DNA of 64,000 nucleotides, from the NCBI GenBank assembly GCA_024704765.1, contig JAKMXF010000033.1, forward strand, positions 892,847 to 956,846, read 5' to 3'. Origin of the DNA: Oopsacas minuta. Lineage: Eukaryota > Animalia > Porifera. Numbering within the stretch: the first letter of the stretch is position 1; every line of letters starts with the position of its first letter. The translations under genes were made by a program, and so were the position numbers. The notes beneath the pieces are model-generated. The model made no database searches. It was not told the origin of the DNA and was given only the letters and a program-made list of their open reading frames with translations. Shown in pieces: positions 57,431-64,000 of this stretch.

Positions 57431-59803
57431 TCAAAGTCCTTTGAAGTGAGAGTTTCTTTTTGTCTTACAGAATTTCACTTTTTTGCCATCTCTCAGTATC
57501 ACACAAGCTACACCCATACCTAGACCAAATATTGTCGCAGTAATTACAGTAACAGCATGCTCTACCTCTTTTAGCAAGGGAACATTAATAACGAATACTT
57601 GAAATTGTGTTCTAAACGAACAATAGGTCCAGTCCGTATCAGATTCTAGTTCTGATTCGAAGTGGAATAATCCACCTCCAAGGAAACTTATAGAATGATC
57701 GCTGCTCGTATTTGAGTATATATAATCTGTACGATTGTTGACCTCATTAAGGGTGAATGGAATTGAGAGAGTTCGCAACACTAGTCCTCCTTCCCAGGTT
57801 ATAGCAGGCTGTATATGCAGTGGATGATGGTAATGATGAGTCCGAGCTCTTTCTTTACATTCACTGAGACTGACCTCCTCTGATTCTTTCATCTTCTTAG
57901 TGCAGTTACACTCCTTCCTTGTGTTAGAATTATGACACAATTCAATCAATGGTGGTACCCCCTTATGATGTAGATTAGGTTGTATTCCAAGTTCTGGATG
58001 GTAATTATAAATATGGGTGCTAGTATGTACACTAGTACCGTGAGTAGAAGGAGGTCTGTAGTTGGGAGGAAGATCAGTAAACTGAAAGGAACCAGAAGAT
58101 GACAAGAGATTGAATTTGTGTTGTTGAGGACATGCGACTATAATATCAAGTGATTGCTGATGAGAAGGTAAACTGGTAACACATTTGGGTATAACTTTAA
58201 TGTGCGATTGACCAACAGGTTTGTAATCAATTGATACATCTCTATGAGTTCGATTAATATTTGAATATTGTGAATGTTTCAAAAGTGCTGGACCATATTG
58301 ATAAACTTCTAGAATAGTATTCTGATGTACAAACAATGACCTATGGATTACTATTCTAATATTTGTAGTTTCCCATTTATCAAGGGTTAATGGAGATGGC
58401 AGATATGATGGAATGAATTCTATCTTTGAGACGACACAGCTAGAGTTATTATTAGCCATAATATATGAGAATGTGTTATTTAGTATAGTGAATGGCTGAC
58501 CCCATGTGTCTAGGAAAATATATCCATCTAGGATAGTATAACTTGTGTTAGTCACAGTCAAAGAGTTGGAAAAATAAATACTAGTTTCTGTTGTATATAA
58601 AATACATGCATCTCTTTGAAAACGAAGAGATGTAATGTTTGAGAGATGAATAGGTTTAAATCCAATTGCTAGGTAATCAGATGTGTAGAGTATATCTCTA
58701 CTGGTGGCTAATGTTGCAAATGAGAACGGATTCGTATTAAACTGAGAAATAAATTCACCTTCAAATGTCCATAAATCATTTATGATTTCTGAAATTCCTA
58801 AGTTGTTTGAGAGCAAATTTAGAGAAATAACTTTTGATTCTGTTACAGAGGAGATCAATACAAGGATAATATTCTGCTTTAGTTCAGCAGCTAGAATTTG
58901 AAATGACGTATTTGGAAGAGTCAAATTGAAATATAATCGAAAATGCGATGTAATATTATGCAGCGTAATGATGGAACTCTCATTAAAGAAGATAACAATA
59001 TTACTGTCTGAGAGAATAAACGTAAAATCAAACTCTAAATTTATGACTGAGATACCATCTCTGCTCAGCAAATATAGGTTCTGACTACTTCGGAGAATCA
59101 TAGAGAATTCATCTGGTTGCTGAATATCATTAATGGACCCACATGAATCATCACTCACAAGTTCACATATGTCAATTTGGTAAGCTCTCGAGAACAGAGG
59201 TGGAACAAACACATTTAGCTTATCATTATCAATATTGAACAAGACTTCAGGAATAAGAGAGTATTGAAATGCTGGAATTAATAATTTAGCTGAATAAGAT
59301 TGGTTAAAGTTATGTGCTTGTCGATAGAATATAGGGTCATGCGAGATTATCCAAATTATAAATATATCTGATTCAAATTCAGTTGATAATCTAAGAAAAT
59401 ATCTACAGCCTTCCAATAGGTGCATTGGTAAGATGATAGAACCATGATCATAACTGAGGGGTGACTCTATTGTCAAATTATAATTAACAGTCTCGTTGAA
59501 CAATAATCCATTCCAACTGGTATTGCAGGGATAATCTGAATTATTACAATTGGAATAGAATATCAGAGTTAGGTCTTGTGAATTGTCTATCGTATCATAA
59601 CTAATAGCAAATATTCTATCTACCCTATTCTTGAGTGAAGTGTTTTGCGAGGAATACAACGTCAATAGGTGAGATTTTGTGATAAATGATAATACAGTAA
59701 GTATAACAATAAAGCTACAAATAGTCATTACAAATGGAACATACAATGCAGTGAAATTTGCAATGGAATTAATAATTTCTGATAATATTACATATAGTGA
59801 CAT
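57431..59803 (-). CDS. CATSPERB: CatSper auxiliary subunit beta-like
   Basis: LPPNYRPPS..G, R.ECNCT...K.S..V..S.C.E, L.EVN.R, LFHF, C....FQ.FV...PL, then C-terminal TM, as recalled for CATSPERB; 790 aa, no intron. Confidence 0.8.
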   Translation of the reverse strand: MSLYVILSEIINSIANFTALYVPFVMTICSFIVILTVLSFITKSHLLTLYSSQNTSLKNRVDRIFAISYDTIDNSQDLTLIFYSNCNNSDYPCNTSWNGLLFNETVNYNLTIESPLSYDHGSIILPMHLLEGCRYFLRLSTEFESDIFIIWIISHDPIFYRQAHNFNQSYSAKLLIPAFQYSLIPEVLFNIDNDKLNVFVPPLFSRAYQIDICELVSDDSCGSINDIQQPDEFSMILRSSQNLYLLSRDGISVINLEFDFTFILSDSNIVIFFNESSIITLHNITSHFRLYFNLTLPNTSFQILAAELKQNIILVLISSVTESKVISLNLLSNNLGISEIINDLWTFEGEFISQFNTNPFSFATLATSRDILYTSDYLAIGFKPIHLSNITSLRFQRDACILYTTETSIYFSNSLTVTNTSYTILDGYIFLDTWGQPFTILNNTFSYIMANNNSSCVVSKIEFIPSYLPSPLTLDKWETTNIRIVIHRSLFVHQNTILEVYQYGPALLKHSQYSNINRTHRDVSIDYKPVGQSHIKVIPKCVTSLPSHQQSLDIIVACPQQHKFNLLSSSGSFQFTDLPPNYRPPSTHGTSVHTSTHIYNYHPELGIQPNLHHKGVPPLIELCHNSNTRKECNCTKKMKESEEVSLSECKERARTHHYHHPLHIQPAITWEGGLVLRTLSIPFTLNEVNNRTDYIYSNTSSDHSISFLGGGLFHFESELESDTDWTYCSFRTQFQVFVINVPLLKEVEHAVTVITATIFGLGMGVACVILRDGKKVKFCKTKRNSHFKGL

Positions 59804-60389
59804 ATTTCATACATTTGACACTCAAGGAATTCTTTCAAAATTTTATTAGCCAAAATTGTAATGATAGAAACGCGCCGGCGCGTTGTTATCTGCTCACTTC
59901 AAGAAGTGAGGACTAACTATAACTGATATACAAACTGGTTATAGTATTATACTATTCGCATAACCAGATAATAGGACACTAATTATGATCGACTGCTGAG
60001 TTTGTATCCCAATACCGTACACGGAATACTTGGCTACCAAATATCAACTATTCGCCAAATACAGCCTCTACAAGTAATACTCAGTTAGAACAAATATATC
60101 GCATCGCTGATATTCAATTCATAGTTTTGTTTATTAATACATATTGCAGCAAATATATCTAGTTTTCTAATAAAACAAATCTTGCATTCAGCTATTAAAG
60201 GTACTAAGGTAGATAGCCCATCAGAGCAGCAAGATAAAGTTGTAATAAATTGTAAGAATTTCATCACTAGTGATTCTGTCAAGCCAAATTTGGTCCCCCA
60301 GACAAGTTTTGGCGGGCTATAACTGGTCCGGGGGGAAAAATTTAGCAGCCAAAATCTGTCATTTTTCTCAACTATTAGACGCAGGGATC

Positions 60390-60735
60390 TGAACTCTTGC
60401 GTCTAGCATGATCCGCCTCGGGGTCGGACACTTTTGGCACACCTTGGTTTCTGACGGGCGCGGGTGTATCTTGGCGCGTTACTGGCAGAGCATATGGCAT
60501 TTTTATCGAATTAGCTAACGAACTGGGCGTTACTTTGTCCTGTCTGTCATTAATCTTCACTGTTGGACACAAGGATTTGAAATCTTACTTGGATTCGTGT
60601 CCAGCGTGGTCCGCCCTCGGTTGATGGACATTTTTGGCCCCCCTTTTAGTTGCTGACAGGTGTATTTTGAAGCGTTCCTGACAGAGATATGGCTTTGTTA
60701 TCGAATTATCTAATGAACCCTGCATTACCTTGCCA
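60390..60735. repeat. Diverged two-unit ~200-bp tandem duplication
   Basis: TCCGCC.....GGACA.TTTTGGC....GGTGTAT.TTG..GCGTT.CTG.CAGAG.ATATGGC.TT.TTATCGAATTA.CTAA.GAAC occurs at ~60412 and ~60611. Confidence 0.7.
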
Positions 60736-60922
60736 GTATCTCTTTCCATATTTTGGAGTTTTCATAATTTTTTTGATGAATTCACTCTACTCTCTAAAGA
60801 ACTCTAGGCTGGACCAATTTTGACTAAGGTAGGACAATTATTTCCTGACAATTCTACTCATTCCAGGTAATATATTTATAAACTTGGTAACAACAGTCTT
60901 GATCATTAGATATTATGATAAA

Positions 60923-62032
60923 TCAATCAAATTTAAATATAACTAGCGGTTTTTCAGCTATAGAATGATATTGAATACAATTTGAAGATAAATACTGTTT
61001 AATACGGAGGATTTTTAATCCGCATTCATGTTTCATACATCCTAATTGTTCTTTATCAAGATGAATGTCATCATTAGAACTCAATATCATAGCAGTAATA
61101 GGTGGAGATATAACTGTATTAATAAAACATGATATATTTGCTAGAAGGGAGGGTGGGGCTGGCATAACTTGATGTTTGTATTCCTTTGTCTCATCTCTCA
61201 TTTCGGTCGTATAAGCAGAATCTAGCTGACGCCAAAAGTGGTTAATTTTCGAAAAGACAGTTCTAAGCATGTTTATAGCAAATATTTGATTATTCGAGTT
61301 TATACAAAATGCTTCAATAAGATGTTTGGATTGCAGATAATGCAAGTCTACAAGTCTAAGTTCTTTTCTGAAACGTTTAACAGTCAAATCCTCGCTAATT
61401 AGAACATTTCTGCTATCTGTATGCAGTAAGAGAAGTTCGTTACGTATATTAAGTTCTACGATAGAGGATAATTCCCGTAATACTCCGCGTATTCGTGAGA
61501 ATTCAGACTTGAGGTAGGGTAGCGTTTGATTGATATGGAGGGACTTAACAGGGAGAGTGGAAACGAATTGCACTGGTGGATAAAATGTTATTAAATCGAG
61601 AGACAAATCTTCATCATATTGCTGGAATAGATCTCCTGTTCTGTATTGTAAGAGGTATTTAGAGAGATACATAAATATATTGCTTCTTTCCAAAATCCAA
61701 CCAAATACAAGTAATAACCCAGTTGATGTTGAGGTTAAGCTTTCATTGAGTTTTGAGATTGGGAAGTAGTACTTGAATAGAAATATTTTGAGAAATATTA
61801 GTTTGATAGAAATAGTAGAAACCCTTATCTTGTTGTGAATAAATTCAGTATAGATGTTTCCAGTATTCTGCAATCTTTCAAATAAGAAAATATATTCACA
61901 AATGAAACTCAAGAAAGATTCGTATGATTCTTGACTACTGAGATCTCTAAGTCGTTCTGGTTGTATTTTGAATTTTTTAGAAAAACATTGTAATAGCTTG
62001 TGGAATATTCCGAGGGGCGGGGGTGTGGACAT
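60923..62032 (-). CDS. Uncharacterised protein, possibly TEDC1-like (tubulin epsilon/delta complex)
   Basis: Long intact ORF from ATG 62032; LLLVFGWILER resembles the TEDC1 ELLLALSWLL motif; assignment weak. Confidence 0.45.
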   Translation of the reverse strand: MSTPPPLGIFHKLLQCFSKKFKIQPERLRDLSSQESYESFLSFICEYIFLFERLQNTGNIYTEFIHNKIRVSTISIKLIFLKIFLFKYYFPISKLNESLTSTSTGLLLVFGWILERSNIFMYLSKYLLQYRTGDLFQQYDEDLSLDLITFYPPVQFVSTLPVKSLHINQTLPYLKSEFSRIRGVLRELSSIVELNIRNELLLLHTDSRNVLISEDLTVKRFRKELRLVDLHYLQSKHLIEAFCINSNNQIFAINMLRTVFSKINHFWRQLDSAYTTEMRDETKEYKHQVMPAPPSLLANISCFINTVISPPITAMILSSNDDIHLDKEQLGCMKHECGLKILRIKQYLSSNCIQYHSIAEKPLVIFKFD

Positions 62033-62047
62033 CAATAATGTAAACAA

Positions 62048-62310
62048 TCTATATTATCAAATTGCTATTGTTGTCTGTTTATCCGTTGTCAAGCAAAATT
62101 TTTAGGGAATGTTGTATTGAATTCGAATTTCTCAATTCCGAGATGTCGCATCACTATGCATTTGTCGTGTTTACCAAGAAAGTAAGCATAATTCAATACT
62201 TAAACTTGAGTAAATAAATCGAATGATGCGAATAAGAATTTCAGACTTTTGGATTAATCATATGTAAACTTATTTGTTGTCGTATGAATACAAAGTCAAC
62301 ATATGATTGA
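62048..62310 (+). mobile_element. Helitron-like copy (5' part)
   Basis: A|TCTATATTATC...TTGTTGTCTGTTTATCCGTTGTCAAG, TTTTGGATTAATCATATGTAAACTT as in other copies. Confidence 0.55.
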
Positions 62311-63631
62311 AATCTAAAATACCTAGAAACCAGCTCTGAAATTTCAAAAATTGCTATGTCATGCACTGAGGCGGCGCGAGGTTGGGGCCAGGTGCCCCAC
62401 CTCATTAATATTAATTTAAGTACACCACAGTTTAATTACCTATTGACTGGCTAGCGGCGCCACTGGTCATGAAGCAGTCATTCTGGCCTTTGGAGGCCGC
62501 AATACGTAGCGTTACTATGGTTTTGCTAGGTCGTCCTTTTTTCAAAGTGAGAGAGCTTCACCCTCTCAGTTGATGGAAATTGCTTCCCAAGTCAAAATCA
62601 AAAAGTAACTCCGTACTTCCTATACTTATAGCAAATTCATTCGAAAAAATCCTGGTTGATTAAAAATTCGAAAAGCGTTCATTGAAATTCACCCATTTTG
62701 AAATTAGAAACTAAAATTTAGCCATTTATAATTGTTTGAATTTTTGACGTAAAATGATAGTTAGGTGTGAAAATTAATTCAAATTAAATACAACAGACAG
62801 TATTCTAATGTTAAAAACTGGGAAAAATTTACAGGTTTTTGAAAATTCATTCTTTCAATGAGCCCAATTTCAGTAACAAATAACAACAATACATTTCTGA
62901 TAAAATTCTAAGACAATGAAAATAAATTTTGACAATTTCTCAAGTAGTCCATGGTTTCGAGTAGTAGTAAGGCCTTATATACGAAAGTCACAACCATACA
63001 CATACTTTTATCAGGTCAATTGAGGCATTTATTAGTAGTATTGATGTAGGTACAACATACAATTTTAGAATTAGATAATTCATGTTTTTAGCAGACCATA
63101 AAACATACCTATGAAAGTATAAAATATTTTTAGTGTACTATAATATTTGATCTCAAATTTTATAAGACTAACCTCAATTTGGACGGTGACATATATACGT
63201 ACTTGTATATATGTACAAGGCCGGACCAAATCACAGAAATATTAAGTCCTGGCGGAAAGAATCGGCCTGAATTATTAATATTTCGTGGTAGGTCATAGGG
63301 TGATGCTTCGATATTCCATCTTCAATGCTTGTGGAGATCTTCATATGCCTAATGAGAGTTGTTAAGTGAAAATGATTTGTAGTGATTTAATTATACTATA
63401 TTACGACGTATTAATTGTTTGTGTCGTTACACTTTTGTCTGGCTTTATTTACTTTACTTAAATTCTAGCGATGTGGAGGGTTGATTGTAACCTTGTAAGC
63501 TCCTGAGTTGAGATAGCTGTAACAAAAATCTGTTCCCAATTTAGAGGTTACAACAGAATAGTTTAATATTCAGTTCAACCGATTATTTAGCTAATTGTTG
63601 ATATTCAGGATTCACAATCGAAATCGAATAT

Positions 63632-63715
63632 TATCAGTATCAGTATCAGTATCAGTATCAGTATTAGTATTAGTATTAGTATTAGTATTAGTATTAGTAT
63701 TAGTATCAGTATTAG
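63632..63715. repeat. Compound hexamer microsatellite (TATCAG)n(TATTAG)n
   Basis: Read directly; explains the VSVSVLVLV ORF at 63595. Confidence 0.95.
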
Positions 63716-64000
63716 ATATGCATATATGGCAGTTATTTACGAATACTGAAATCCGGTTCGACGGTTACACCCATGATCATAGTCAATATATGTACTATTT
63801 TCATATATTAGATTTTATGTCTCAGTCGTCAGGTTTAGAACATTTCCATTCAAGATACGTACACCGTGTATTGAGACCTGTTGTATGATATTTTGAGGCA
63901 CTGTATTATAGTACCATGGATATTCAATATCTATAATATTTTGAGGCAGTTGGAATCCATAGAAATTTGTGCGATTAATTTAGTTCCAGTTTGACTTGAT

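Noticed and set aside
63595-63888. 97-aa ORF with a hydrophobic VSVSVLVLV stretch
   Set aside because: Produced by translating a hexamer microsatellite.
1-64000. Prokaryotic or viral origin suggested by intronless, co-oriented genes
   Set aside because: Genes are animal-type (filamin, TRAF, SCAF, CEP19, CatSper), a GT-AG intron is present, and eukaryotic transposons fill the intergenic DNA.

Overview
Eukaryotic (animal), AT-rich, gene-dense and almost intron-free DNA. The gene-family profile (tandem TRAF-type zinc-finger genes, NHL-repeat pseudogene, compact single-exon housekeeping genes) suggests an early-branching animal such as a glass sponge; that assignment is inference only. Host genes: 3' end of a filamin, two TRAF-like genes plus a broken third copy (all +), then 13 host genes all on the minus strand (C9orf78, HIBCH, cyclophilin A, QDPR, CEP19, DHRS7-like, carbohydrate sulfotransferase, DCAKD, SCAF4/8, a kinase-less DDR-like receptor, CCDC115, CATSPERB-like, TEDC1-like). 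Intergenic DNA is packed with DNA transposons and MITEs (pogo, hAT/Buster, MULE, Helitron, Ginger-like, a large foldback). The standout is a complete 3,112-bp RAG1-like/Transib transposon (8150-11261). It has an intact ~710-aa ORF, both ends begin with the V(D)J RSS heptamer CACAGTG, the bipartite ends are asymmetric by 9 bp, and it is flanked by a perfect 5-bp GGATG target-site duplication. It lies inside the third TRAF copy. All protein calls are from motif recognition by eye, not database searches.
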